DNA from: Escherichia phage RB43
Strand: one strand, 5' to 3'
DNA: 64,000 nt
Sequence record: NC_007023.1
The notes below the pieces were generated by a model. It was not told the DNA's origin and made no database searches. It saw only the letters and a program-made list of their open reading frames with translations. The stretch's first letter is position 1. Every line of letters begins with the position of its first letter. The position numbers were made by a program, and so were the translations under genes. Below, piece by piece: positions 7,904 through 19,300 of this stretch.

Positions 7904-8512
7904 ATGAAATCATTCAAAGAACTTATTTCTGAATCTGTTCAGAACAAAAAATTTGCAAAGACAGTTGATCTGGTTGACCGTGGTAATGCTTCAAAAGGTC
8001 AGATCGGTTTCTTACACTTCGCACATGGTGCTGACTACGATGTGTATGCTCCTGATTCTCACGATCTGGCTTACTTCGGTAAAGGCGTTGTTCGTTTGAA
8101 AGGTAAAACCACTGGCAAAACTCAGGCTGCTTATGTTGACTGGGCGAAAGGCACGGTTTCATTCTACAGCGGTGATCCTGCTGATGACCTGAAATTTGAC
8201 AAGCCAGCAAAATTCAAAGGTGCTTCCCTGTACAAAGAAGCGGAAGAGAACATTGATCTGTATAACCAGTTAGCGGAAGATTTCGAAATCGATCTTCCTC
8301 TGGATGAAGCGCTGGTGAAAGGCGGGATCTATAAACTGCCGAGTAACGATATGCACTTGCTGTATACCGGACGCACCAAAACCAAACCAACTGGGGAATA
8401 TGCGGTATTCACTGTTGTTGATGCTTCTGGTAAACCTCGTCTGGTATCCGGCGCACGATTCACCCAGGAATACAAAGGCGACGTAGTAGCCAAACTGGAA
8501 AAAGTCAAATAA
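7904..8512 (+). CDS. internal-protein-like protein with capsid targeting sequence (about 203 aa)
   Basis: N-terminus MKSFKELISE matches T4 CTS consensus MKTYQEFIAE; + gene inside minus-strand block; ATG at 7904 preferred over ORF-track start 7808. Confidence 0.6.
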   Translation: MKSFKELISESVQNKKFAKTVDLVDRGNASKGQIGFLHFAHGADYDVYAPDSHDLAYFGKGVVRLKGKTTGKTQAAYVDWAKGTVSFYSGDPADDLKFDKPAKFKGASLYKEAEENIDLYNQLAEDFEIDLPLDEALVKGGIYKLPSNDMHLLYTGRTKTKPTGEYAVFTVVDASGKPRLVSGARFTQEYKGDVVAKLEKVK

Positions 8513-8516
8513 AAAT

Positions 8517-8547
8517 AAAGCCCCTTCCTTTCGGTTGGGGCTTTTTG
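8517..8547. terminator. bidirectional rho-independent terminator
   Basis: AAAGCCCCTTCCTTTCGGTTGGGGCTTTTT; identical hairpin at 43536-43557. Confidence 0.6.
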
Positions 8548-9402
8548 TTAATATCTGTTCCAGACTTTTTTTGCCGAGAACGGTTTTCCTTTCGACACAA
8601 ACGCCTGTGTAGGCAACCAGACAGCTTTAGCCCAATCTTTCGGGGCTATTTCTGCAAGTGGTGAACGCAAATGGGCTGGTAGGTAGACTTTGATCATTTG
8701 ATCAGCCCCGCGCATTCCTTTTACGTTGTTCCAGTTGATTTTCAATCTGGTTTTGTTTGAAAGGCGATCCGTAGATCCGTAACCGCGTTTCAAGAGTTCT
8801 TCTAAGAATTCCTGTCGTGCTTTCGGTGGCGCATAGTGCAAGTTCAATCCATATAGAACCACGTTACCCGCTTTAGAACGTCCTGAACCCAGGAAGATGA
8901 TTAGCGGGAACCGATCCCAGTACGGTAGGGTGTCTTTATACTTCGCGTCATACACGAACGTATACAGGCGACCTGTTGCTGGTTTCGCTACCCTGTGCGT
9001 CTTGATACTGGTTTTGATGAAGTCACCAAACCATTCAGTCGATTCTTTCTGACGTTTCGCAGCGGGAACACCAACTGTAATTTTCCTTAAACTGTTTCGG
9101 AAATCGTTGATGATGTCAACCGTATGTTTTTTGCGATAGTCGTTACGTTTTCGTCGGGCTTCGGTTTCTGCCGTGCGTCGTGCGATTTCGTCATCAATTT
9201 GCTGTTTGTAACGGTGCATCGACTTCGTGAACGTCGCATATGCAATTCCGTTATCGTCTGCGAATTTTTTGGCTGTCATGCCTTTTAATTTTGCGCGTCG
9301 GAATTTAATACCAATCTCAACCCATTCCCCCAGCTTTCGCTTCGGTGGCGGTTTTGGCTTATCTTCTTCTGCGATGATCTCGAATTCAAATATAAAGCTC
9401 AT
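8548..9402 (-). CDS. 2: DNA end protector protein gp2
   Basis: 284 aa, basic; position between gp3 and gp4 as in T4. Confidence 0.6.
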   Translation of the reverse strand: MSFIFEFEIIAEEDKPKPPPKRKLGEWVEIGIKFRRAKLKGMTAKKFADDNGIAYATFTKSMHRYKQQIDDEIARRTAETEARRKRNDYRKKHTVDIINDFRNSLRKITVGVPAAKRQKESTEWFGDFIKTSIKTHRVAKPATGRLYTFVYDAKYKDTLPYWDRFPLIIFLGSGRSKAGNVVLYGLNLHYAPPKARQEFLEELLKRGYGSTDRLSNKTRLKINWNNVKGMRGADQMIKVYLPAHLRSPLAEIAPKDWAKAVWLPTQAFVSKGKPFSAKKVWNRY

Positions 9403-9423
9403 AATTCCCTCCGTTTAGGGTAT

Positions 9424-9891
9424 TTATTGCCCTTTCCATCCGAACACACGTTTTAACGTATCTTCTGTGATGATTTTAAATTCCCAGCCCTTTTGCTTCG
9501 CTGCTGTGTTCGCTGCTTTCCATTTGTCAATGTTCACTGCATAAGTATACAGGGCATCGACAAATTTCTTTTTGTTGTGAACATTATTGTTCGCTGGTTT
9601 AGGCGGGGGCAATGTTTCTTTCATTGGCTTGACTTCCCATAGGTAAGTAACGCCATTATCCATTTCAACATAAAAATCCATGAAGTAACGCCGTCTTTTA
9701 CCGTCTGCGTTGCTGAAATATGGGATCACTACCTCTTCACTGTTCCAGCGTTTTACATGCGGGTTTCTATCAAGCCAGTTCATGATGTATTTTTCCCAGC
9801 TTGAACGATACGTTATCTTTCGCGGATCGCCTTTATATTTTGATATGTTCTGGGGCATAAAAGACCCCTTGTACGTCTGTCTTCCAGCCAT
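9424..9891 (-). CDS. 4: head completion protein gp4
   Basis: 155 aa; MAGRQTYKGSFMPQNISKYKGDP...SEEVVIPY resembles T4 gp4; synteny. Confidence 0.65.
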   Translation of the reverse strand: MAGRQTYKGSFMPQNISKYKGDPRKITYRSSWEKYIMNWLDRNPHVKRWNSEEVVIPYFSNADGKRRRYFMDFYVEMDNGVTYLWEVKPMKETLPPPKPANNNVHNKKKFVDALYTYAVNIDKWKAANTAAKQKGWEFKIITEDTLKRVFGWKGQ

Positions 9892-9935
9892 TATAGATCC
9901 TAAATATAGTAAACATTAGATAGGGGAAATTACAA

Positions 9936-10490
9936 ATGTTATTTTCGTTCTTTCCACCAGTTGATTACAACGGTACACCAACTACTGATATCTTTCGTGA
10001 TTATCGTTTTTACTTTAATCGTGTGATCAGGAATTATAAGCCGCGTACATATCAACTGACAGGTTCATTAAGACCTGAACAATTAGCTGAAACGCTATAC
10101 GGAAACCAACAATATTATTGGGTTATCCTGATGCTCAATGACAACTATGACCCGTTTTATGGTTGGATCACAGATCAGGAAACAGCTTATCAATGCGCTG
10201 TTCAACGTTATTCAAAAGTAGGTGGTGAGCAGGTTCTTTATCACATGGATGGGAAAAACAACCGATATTACAATCTGGTTGAAGATCCTAACAACCCTGG
10301 TCATTGGTATGACAAAGGTGATAAAGACATGCGTTATTTGCAGTATCAGGGAACATTAGTCCCTATTGATATTTATGAAGACGCAGTGTTGAAAAATGAA
10401 TCAATGCGAACCATTAAGATTATTAACCCTTCGGATATTCAATCGTTTGTAAGCGATTATATCAAGGAAATGGAAAAGGCAAACACATGA
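9936..10490 (+). CDS. 53: baseplate wedge protein gp53
   Basis: MLFSFFPP...TDIFRDY...NDNYDPFYGWIT...WYDKGDK...IKII matches T4 gp53. Confidence 0.85.
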   Translation: MLFSFFPPVDYNGTPTTDIFRDYRFYFNRVIRNYKPRTYQLTGSLRPEQLAETLYGNQQYYWVILMLNDNYDPFYGWITDQETAYQCAVQRYSKVGGEQVLYHMDGKNNRYYNLVEDPNNPGHWYDKGDKDMRYLQYQGTLVPIDIYEDAVLKNESMRTIKIINPSDIQSFVSDYIKEMEKANT

Positions 10491-12256
10491 AATACGGTGG
10501 AAACCCATATTCCCCTTTCTTCGAAGGGGTGGTCGAAAATGTCGATGATCCTCGTTATCTGGGGCGCGTACAAGTTCGTGTGTTCGGTGAACATCCGGCA
10601 CAGAAACAAAAATCTGAAACTATCGGTATTCCGGTAGAAGAATTGCCGTGGATGATCCCTATCCAGGACATCACAAGCGCTGCTGTATCGGGTGTGGGTT
10701 TCTCTCCTACTGGTATCGTAAGGGGTAGCTTCGTTGTAGGTTACTGGCGTGATAAATGGCATCAGGACGGGGTTATATTAGGAACCTATGCAGGACAGTA
10801 CACAGAAAAGCCGGATACGCAGAAAGGCTTCTGTGACCCTCTGGGTGAATATCCACGTTATGTGGGTAACGATGTCAACGTTCTGGCTCGTGGTGGTTTA
10901 GACGGTAAAACATCGTCAAGTGTTGTTATCCGTGATGCAAACAGCACACTCGCTGTTAATCCAGACGATAGGCCGTTAGATGAAATTCCAGAAGATAACC
11001 GACCGGATACTGGGGGCTTTACAATTGAAAAAATGATCCGTGGTGATGAAGGTATTCGATTGACATGGTATTATGATGTCAAAGGGTATACCATCGGGAT
11101 TGGACACTTTTTCTTAACCGCTCCACAAGGTACAGATCCAGCAGTTGTTAACGCAGCGTTATCTAAACAAATTGGTAGAACTGTTACGGGTGTTCCTGGA
11201 TCAATCACAGCAGAAGAAGCGGGTGTTTTATTCCAGCAAGATTTGGCTAAAGTTCGTAACGATATTCAGAATAACAGCAAAGTTCGTGAAGTTTATGTTG
11301 GGTTAAATCGCCCACGTCAAATGGCGATCGAAAACATGTGCTTCCAGATGGGTGTTGGTGGTGTCGCCAAATTTACGAATGCTCTTGCAGCAATGAAAGC
11401 ACAGGATTGGAAGACAGCCTATAATGAGTTGCGAAATTCAACATGGGCTAATCAAACTCCTGGGCGTTCTTCGCGCGTATCTAAAATCGTGTTGACAGGA
11501 AACCTTGAATCATATGGTGTTATGGTTCCAGATCCAGAAGGACGCAGTTTAAGTGCTGCTTTTTCTGGTGTTGTTTTGCAAACTGATTCAAACCCAGAAG
11601 ATCCGTTTGTTCCTGGCGATACTCGCGTAATGTTCGAAGAACCGAAATCATCGTATAACGCATCATATCCATATAACATGGTATTTGAATCACGTTCAGG
11701 GCATATTCAGGAATTCGATGATACACCAGGTTATGAACGATATAACCGAGTACACCCAGCAGGAACATATGAAGAAATTCGACCTGATGGAACCCGCGTT
11801 GTTAAAATAGTTGGTGATGATTATCTTATTGTTCAACAGGGCAGAAAGGTAAACATCAAAGGCAATTTACAAGTGGTAATTGAAGGTGACGCGTTCATTT
11901 ACAATATGGGTAACGTTCAACAGACTGTTGACGGAAACGTGACTGAGTTTGTACGCGGAAATGTTAACCAGACTGTCGAAGGTGAATACGTTGGACGCAT
12001 TAAGGGCAACGCTGAATTGACTGTTGAAAAAGATGCTACCGTAAACGTTGACCAGAATTTAATGGCTAACGTTAAACAAAACGCAACTGTTCACGTCACA
12101 GAGGATGCACTTGTTACCGCGAAAAACGCAATGATGGATATTGAGCAAGATTTCGATCTTAACGCAGAAAATATCACAATGGTTGCGCGAACAAATACAT
12201 TCATCGATTCCGGTTCTCTGACTAAGATAACTGGTGGAACGGTTCAGGTGGGTTAA
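10487..12256 (+). CDS. 5: baseplate hub subunit and tail lysozyme gp5
   Basis: N-terminal OB region, lysozyme motif GYTIGIGHF, C-terminal beta-helix VxGxxxxx repeats. Confidence 0.9.
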   Translation: MKYGGNPYSPFFEGVVENVDDPRYLGRVQVRVFGEHPAQKQKSETIGIPVEELPWMIPIQDITSAAVSGVGFSPTGIVRGSFVVGYWRDKWHQDGVILGTYAGQYTEKPDTQKGFCDPLGEYPRYVGNDVNVLARGGLDGKTSSSVVIRDANSTLAVNPDDRPLDEIPEDNRPDTGGFTIEKMIRGDEGIRLTWYYDVKGYTIGIGHFFLTAPQGTDPAVVNAALSKQIGRTVTGVPGSITAEEAGVLFQQDLAKVRNDIQNNSKVREVYVGLNRPRQMAIENMCFQMGVGGVAKFTNALAAMKAQDWKTAYNELRNSTWANQTPGRSSRVSKIVLTGNLESYGVMVPDPEGRSLSAAFSGVVLQTDSNPEDPFVPGDTRVMFEEPKSSYNASYPYNMVFESRSGHIQEFDDTPGYERYNRVHPAGTYEEIRPDGTRVVKIVGDDYLIVQQGRKVNIKGNLQVVIEGDAFIYNMGNVQQTVDGNVTEFVRGNVNQTVEGEYVGRIKGNAELTVEKDATVNVDQNLMANVKQNATVHVTEDALVTAKNAMMDIEQDFDLNAENITMVARTNTFIDSGSLTKITGGTVQVG

Positions 12257-12258
12257 TC

Positions 12259-14331
12259 ATGATCATGGATTATGAATCAATAATTGATGGTATTATGCAA
12301 GATTTTCAGCATCCGTGTGATGCTGAAATACCTGCTGGATCGTACAGGCGTATTATCTGGCAGGGACACACAGAAGATTACCCCGCTGTTGGGGTAGAAT
12401 GGGATACAGAAATCATTCCGATCGGGACGCATCTTTACACGCAATCCCCGTTTGGACAGAAAAGCGATCCGCTTCCGGTTGTCAACTCCCCAGGTACAGA
12501 TCCGGGTACTGGGGAAGCAACAGGGATTCTCGTTGCTAAAATTGGTTATTATTTCGCTACTCAACAAGAAATTGATGACTATATCACCTCTATCGGGGCT
12601 ACTAAGCTCGCAGGTAATGATTGGTATGGTGCGGATCTGACAAAAGCGAACCTGTTCAAAAACCCAGGCGAACTTGCAATGTACAAGGTCGAGAACTCAG
12701 GCGGTTATCTACTGACTTCTGGCCCACAATGCGATCAGCGTATCAGACAGGCGTATAATAGCGACACAGGCGCGTTTACAAGCGTTGATTACTATTGGAA
12801 TGGTAATCGTATTGCCTACATGAAACATGACGACACAGGGGCGCACAATTGCAAATACGTGGGTATGGTGGTTAACACCAACGCAGACACAAGCATTCCC
12901 CCTGTACCTCCGGCTATGCCGTCAATTTACGGGGCATTGCCTAGCGAAATTTCAATGATGCGCTCCGGTTTGGGTTGTCTTCCTGCAACGGTAGGTTTTG
13001 CGTACACGAATATCAGTGATGCAATGCTATCCGCATGGAACGAAACGCGCAAGTCGTTTAAGCTCGTGTTTGATATGCTTACGGGTATCACTAAAACGGG
13101 TTCCGGTGGTATCTCCACGATGTACGATGGTTTGTCTATCGCAATGGAGGAAATCACAGCGGGTGCTCTTGCGTTGTCACAGCAAGCATGGCAAGCCGCA
13201 ATTAAGGTGTTCAAAGATATTATGTCTTCTGCGTTAAACATCGTAGGTGGTGCGTGGAACATGATAATGAGTTTTTTACCAACTGTTACGATTCTGGGTG
13301 TTTCAATAAACATCTATGATCTGATTTTCGGTGATAACTCAGTGCAGACACTGAAAGATTCATTCCAGGCGATCATTGATGCTGGTACAGAAACCTATGA
13401 GAACGTCATAAACGCAATATACAGCGCTATAGGCAGTGCATACAATTATACCGTTGAATATGTCAAGGCTGGCGCTCGCGACCTCGTGGATGCTTGCAGT
13501 ACGCTTTTTGACTGGTGTATTACCATGTTTCAAAATGGTTGTGTTGCTCTGGTGGATCTGTATGGGCGAATAATGCAAATCTGGGCTATGCCTCCAACGG
13601 TTCCAAACCCTTTATGGGCTGCTGTTCTGGCTATCCGTAACATTATGATGCAGATCAAGCCGCTTGATGTGATCCTGGGTGGAAACTTCCCTGGGTTTAC
13701 GGCAATGGATTTGTACCAAATGGCACAGGAGAAGGTGAAAGAGTTTATCGATCAGTCGTATGCGCAAATACGCGTGTATTATGAACAGGTGAAGGATCTG
13801 ACTAGCACGTTGACTACACAGACACAAGAAAGGGATGCGATTAAACGCAAGTTCGATCAATACCTTAACTGGATGTGGGGCGCTGTTACAGATGCTGCTA
13901 CCGCTGCATATCAGGCTGCATTAGATGCTGCAAACGAGGCAATCGAGCAAACCAAAGCGCTTATCGCTGGCGTTAAAGCACAGATAGCCGCTCTACAGGA
14001 CGCGATGAAAGATACGTACAGCCTTGCGATGGAAGAACTTAAAAAACTTCCTTTGATGCAGCAGATTAATGAATTCTTAGGCTTCTGTGGGATTGCTTTT
14101 GATGATCTGCTGAAAACCTATGATAACGCGGTTACTGGGGCGAAATCATTATATAAAAACTTTGTTGACAGTTCCCGATCGTTTAAGGATACATGCAAAG
14201 TCATATATAACCAGATATGCACACTTGCTCTAAGTAAGGTGACTCAATACGTGAATAAACTGTTGTCTTTAATCGGACTCGCGATCACTTTTGCGTCAAT
14301 TAATATCTGCGTCCCTATGATTCAACTATAA
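12259..14331 (+). CDS. hypothetical 690-aa protein at the gp5-gp6 junction (helical, coiled-coil, hydrophobic segments)
   Basis: Long ORF tightly coupled to gp5 stop; no PAAR-like or other recognised motif. Confidence 0.6.
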   Translation: MIMDYESIIDGIMQDFQHPCDAEIPAGSYRRIIWQGHTEDYPAVGVEWDTEIIPIGTHLYTQSPFGQKSDPLPVVNSPGTDPGTGEATGILVAKIGYYFATQQEIDDYITSIGATKLAGNDWYGADLTKANLFKNPGELAMYKVENSGGYLLTSGPQCDQRIRQAYNSDTGAFTSVDYYWNGNRIAYMKHDDTGAHNCKYVGMVVNTNADTSIPPVPPAMPSIYGALPSEISMMRSGLGCLPATVGFAYTNISDAMLSAWNETRKSFKLVFDMLTGITKTGSGGISTMYDGLSIAMEEITAGALALSQQAWQAAIKVFKDIMSSALNIVGGAWNMIMSFLPTVTILGVSINIYDLIFGDNSVQTLKDSFQAIIDAGTETYENVINAIYSAIGSAYNYTVEYVKAGARDLVDACSTLFDWCITMFQNGCVALVDLYGRIMQIWAMPPTVPNPLWAAVLAIRNIMMQIKPLDVILGGNFPGFTAMDLYQMAQEKVKEFIDQSYAQIRVYYEQVKDLTSTLTTQTQERDAIKRKFDQYLNWMWGAVTDAATAAYQAALDAANEAIEQTKALIAGVKAQIAALQDAMKDTYSLAMEELKKLPLMQQINEFLGFCGIAFDDLLKTYDNAVTGAKSLYKNFVDSSRSFKDTCKVIYNQICTLALSKVTQYVNKLLSLIGLAITFASINICVPMIQL

Positions 14332-14334
14332 ATA
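14327..14334 (+). promoter_or_regulatory. T4-type late promoter box TATAAATA
   Basis: Exact TATAAATA about 20 nt upstream of gp6 ATG. Confidence 0.4.
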
Positions 14335-14354
14335 CCCGATAAAGAGGGGTAATA

Positions 14355-16269
14355 ATGGCTACCGTAAAGAAACAAATTAATCAGATCCCCGATATTTTTG
14401 TCGGGGCTACTTTTGATGAAATCAAATCGGAGTTTGATTAACTGGCTCCGAGGTCAGGACGAATTCAAAGATTATGATTTCTCTGGCTCGCGTATGAACG
14501 TGCTTGTTGACCTGCTGTCTTACGCGACATTGTATATTCAACAGATGGGTAACAGTGCTCTATTCGAATCATTTATTCGAACTGCGGCGCTTCGTAGTTC
14601 TGTTGTGCAACATGCTCAGGATTTTGGTTATATGCCGGATTCCCGTACTGCTGCAAACACTTCGATTCTGATTACAGCAAATAACCCACTGAACCCAACT
14701 TCAATTCGTATTCCTCGTGGTACGAAATTCATTGGTACAGTAAAAGATACGAACAGCTTCCCGTTTGTTGTGTCTGATGACGTTGTAATCGTTCGTGATA
14801 AAGATAACAACTATGTGTCGATGCTGAATATCGTACAGGGGCGTTTGGTTCGTACCGAAGTAATCTATGATGGTTCTACTATCCTGATCCGAGATCCGAA
14901 CATTGACCGTAGTCAGGTTCGAGTGACGATCAACGGCGCACAGTGGGACGATTGGACAAACGAAAGTATCGTTAACGCAACGGGCGCAAGTACCGTTTTC
15001 TATATGCGTGAAACGGTAGACGGACATACAGAGGTTTATTTCGGTGAAGGTGAGACAAGTCAACAGGTCGCGGGTGGTGCTCTTACCGCTGACTATATCG
15101 GGGGCTTGAAACCTGCAAACGGTTCTGTCGTTGTTATTGAATACATTTCAACCAACGGCGAAGAAGCAAACGGTGCTGAAAACTTTGTTTACGTGGATAC
15201 GTTGACAAACATCAGCATTACAAGTATTGTTGAGAACCCGACCAACTCTGCTGATTATGTCGGTGCTGATGGTGGTGGTGAACCGGAAGACATTGAACGA
15301 ATTCGAGAATTAGCCCCGATCATGCGTGAAACGCAGCGTCGTTGTGTTACTGCATCGGATTACGAATCATTCCTGTCGCATCGTTTCGGCTCTGTGATTC
15401 AGGCGGTTCAGTGCTTTACCGATAGTGAAAAACCTGGATATGCGTTCATCGCGGTTAAACCGAAATCAGGGTTGCGCCTAACCTCAGTACAGAAAGAGGA
15501 TATGCAAAACTATCTGGCTAAGTATAACCTTGCGACAATTACGCCGTCGATTCTCGACCCTAACTATCTGTATATCGTACAAAGCATTAAAGTCACGTAT
15601 GATATCAGTAAGTTAATCGAGTCAGAAGAATGGCTACGTGGTCAGGTTATCAATGAAATTGACAAGTATTACACTGATAACGTTGAAATTTTCAACAGAT
15701 CATTCAGTAAATCGAAGATGTTGACTTATGTCGATAACGCTGATGTGTCAATCATTGGTTCCTCTGCGACGATTAGCCTGTTGCGTGAACTGGATAACTA
15801 TTACAGTGCGCCGATGTCTGGTATTCACTTCTTAAACCAGGTTGCGTCAAGATCTGTTATTTCTAACGGGTTCAAATATACCAACGCAGATGATGATTCA
15901 TATGATGTGCGCTATGCGTCAACTGATATGGATACATCGACCGGACGTGCTAAGATTGTAATTGGCCCGTTTAAAGATGGTGATATTGCGATAACTCCGT
16001 ATGCTGGTAACGATTTTGATAAATACCCAGGGGTGACAGACAGAACGAAATACTATGAGGTTGGCTATATCGAACATTATAGCGATTTCATCAGCTTCGA
16101 TCTGGGTGTGCTTAACGTCCCAGCAGAACGCTTTAGCGCTGCATATATCGAACTGACTGCAAAACCATTGGAAGAAACCATTTTTACTCGTGATGGTTCT
16201 CTGATTGTATTTGAAAATGACCTTCGTCCTCAGTATACCACGCTGACGATGAATCCAATCAGTCAATAA
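14355..16269 (+). CDS. 6: baseplate wedge protein gp6 (needs +1 frame change near codon 26)
   Basis: ATG 14355 with AGAGGGG SD encodes MATVKKQINQIPDIFVGATFDEIK (matches T4 gp6 N-terminus) then TAA at 14439; rest of gp6 is in +1 frame from about 14434. Confidence 0.85.
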
Positions 16270-16274
16270 TTTTA

Positions 16275-16302
16275 ACCCCTGTCTTATGGCAGGGGTTTTT
16301 TG
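16275..16302 (+). terminator. terminator-like hairpin (CCCCTG...CAGGGG plus T-run) between gp6 and gp7
   Basis: 6-bp GC stem followed by TTTTTTGTTT. Confidence 0.45.
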
Positions 16303-16347
16303 TTTGCTAAATATGGGATATAAGTAACGCAAATTTGGAGAAACATA

Positions 16348-19300
16348 ATGATTAAAGCGCCATCAATTACCAGTTTGCGCGTTGATAAACTGGCTGCTAA
16401 CTTCGTTTATTTGAAGTGGGATAGCGTCGGCATGGATTTTTACTATGTCGTAGAAATGGCTGAAACTCGCGGCGCGGGTGGTGCAGTGATTCCAGATGCG
16501 GATTTAACATGGTTTCAGTTAGGCTATGCTTATGCGAACGAATGGTTCTCTACTGCTGTGCAGCCTAATAGCTTCTATAAATTCCGTATTAAGGTTACGC
16601 ATCAGGGCTTTGAACCGTCTGATTGGGTTTACAGTGATGAACTCTGGACATTCACTCTCAACGCCTACGCATATTCAACCATGCGAGAATTTACACCGAG
16701 TGACGCATTTATAAACGAAAAATTCGCTAAAAACAATCAGAACTATGTGAACTTTAACAATGATGTGATCATGGCAGCGCTGATGAAAGAAGACTTTGTT
16801 TTCTCTCCGCTGTATACGGACGTATCCCAGATCAGTGATAAAATTCTTACTCAGGAAAACTATCACGAGATACAGGATCATATTGAACACGTTTGTAATG
16901 ACATTAACAGAACGTTTCTGGTTGCGTCAAATGGTTTGTTATACCTGTTCGAACGTTTTCAGAACATGGCTAAGGTATCCAATGACAAGGGCCAAACATG
17001 GCATTACTACAAAGCGTTTAACGACCGCGTAGGAAACCCTGTAGCGCGTTCTATCGCGTACCAAAGCACAAACACAACTTACGTATTGGGTTACGATCGT
17101 ATCTTCTACGGGCGCACCTCAACGGATATTCGCTGGTCTGCTGACGATGTGCGATTCTCTGCTGACGATATCACCTTTACAAAACTGGGGAACCAGACAG
17201 GGTTAGATTTTGATGTTGACTCATACAATACCTTTGCAAAACTTCCTGGTGATGTATCGAAATATGCAGAAGCAATGGCATGTTCCGACGATTGGCTTTA
17301 TGTTGCAGCGAAAAACATAGTTCGTCGTATTGCTCTGAAACAAACACCGATCGACACCGATCCGAGTTCTCCAACTTTTGGGGAAAAGATTTTCGACGAA
17401 ACAAGCTATACCATTGTTCCAGGCAATGATAAAATTGTTGTTAAGAAAATGGATGTGATGGACAGCAAACTTTACGTGCTCGTTACAGGCGAAGTTAAAG
17501 TTGCTCTGCAAGATCCAACAAAACCGGAAAACGTAGTTCCTTCTGTTGATTCTGGTGTGTATCAGTGGCAAGAAGACACTAAAACCTTTGTGCGCCTGTA
17601 TGGGAACACTGAGGAAGAACGTTTCTTCATTGAACATGAATACACCAATATGTCAACAAACGGAAAAGAAATTTATATTTCTGTTGCCAACTACAAATAC
17701 CCAGGAACTTTGCCAGATCCTGAACTGCTGATAACTAATCCTGAATTGGTTGCTGCTGTTAAGTATGATTTGCGTCCTGGCTATACTGCTAGTCTGTCTA
17801 TCAACTTTGCTACTATTCGAGCAAATATTGATGATCCGACCGTGTGGAAATTCGGCGCACAGGAATACTACAACGAGGCAAATTATAGCTGGTTCTTCCG
17901 TGATTCTGTTCGTACATGGATCACGAATGATAACCGTCCGTTGGTTGTGTATCCGAAAATTGTATATGAAATGGTAACTGATACCGCTGGACCTTCTTCT
18001 ACGTTGCGCGTCAACAAAGAGGTGTGGGATCGTGGACATGTTACAATTTACATTAACAACATTAAATTTACCGGATTTACCAAATACACTAACGGTGTGT
18101 TGTTGTATAAAAGTTCTGGTGAAATTATCGGGTTCTTTGAACTGAGTTACCGCGCTCGTGATAGCCTTACGATTTTCTGGAAACCAGATAACACATTACT
18201 GATTGCGGATCTTATTCAGCAGGAAAGGGAACAACCTTATGTACCGGATTTGTCGCCCGGTTTGATTGATCCTGATTTAAGCCATATGATTACTCGCTTT
18301 GCACCACAAAGCTATCTGGATCAGGAATATTTCGAGAAGTTTGGTGAATATTATTTGCAGTTCGTTTCGTTGGGTGAAAACACCTACTATAACAAATTGC
18401 TGAACCTTATCAGGAACAAATATCCACGCGAGAAGAACTGTGTTGAATATTTGTGGTCGGAAGTAAACCGACGCAATATCTATCTGGATAAAACGAAGCG
18501 TGATCAAGTTGTGCGATTCTTTGAATCCCGTGCGAGTGATTTTTACTCCACGAAAGGTATCGAGGCAAGTTATAAATTCCTGTTCAAACTGCTGTACAAC
18601 GAAGACGTATCCGTAGAAATCGAGAGTTCAAACACTCTGGAATATGATATACTGGTTTCTTCGACTAACATCAGTCAGGACATTGTAGGGCGCACGATTT
18701 ATACACCAACAGCAAGAGCAAACGTGACATATATCGAACGTGATTATGAAGACGGGCAATTGCGATGGTCTATGACTCTGCATAACGTGATCGGTAACTT
18801 CCTTGAAGGACAGGTTGTTAAGTCAGAAAAGACTAATTTCACGGGTAGTATTCTGCGTGGTGTTCGTGGTAAGCAAATGGCGAACAACTCGATCGACTAT
18901 TTCAACCGTGGGCGTTCATACTACGTGATGAAAATCCGTTCAAACCTTCCGGCTTCTCGTTATAAAGATGACGTGTTGCGGTTTGTGCATCCGGTAGGTT
19001 TTGGCTTTATCGGGATCACTATGCTGACGGTGTTCATTAACTCCGGTTTGTCGATGACCCATAGTGAAACAATCATTGATATCCTCCGAAACTATCGCTT
19101 TGATAGCGGATATCCTAAGTATTGGCCCGATCGTGTTGCACGTCTTGACGGTAACGGAAACCAGACATTTGACCTTGTAACAGGTGAAGCATTATATGAA
19201 CCACACCCTAAAGCGGGGCAACCGTTCGATGTTCCACCACAATATGACATTGATGAACAACCGTTAAACGGTGTTTTGCCGTCTGCGCGTCGATTCGATC

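Noticed and set aside
12927-13313. 128-aa minus-strand ORF inside the 690-aa gene
   Set aside because: Antisense overlap within a late + strand operon; no start context
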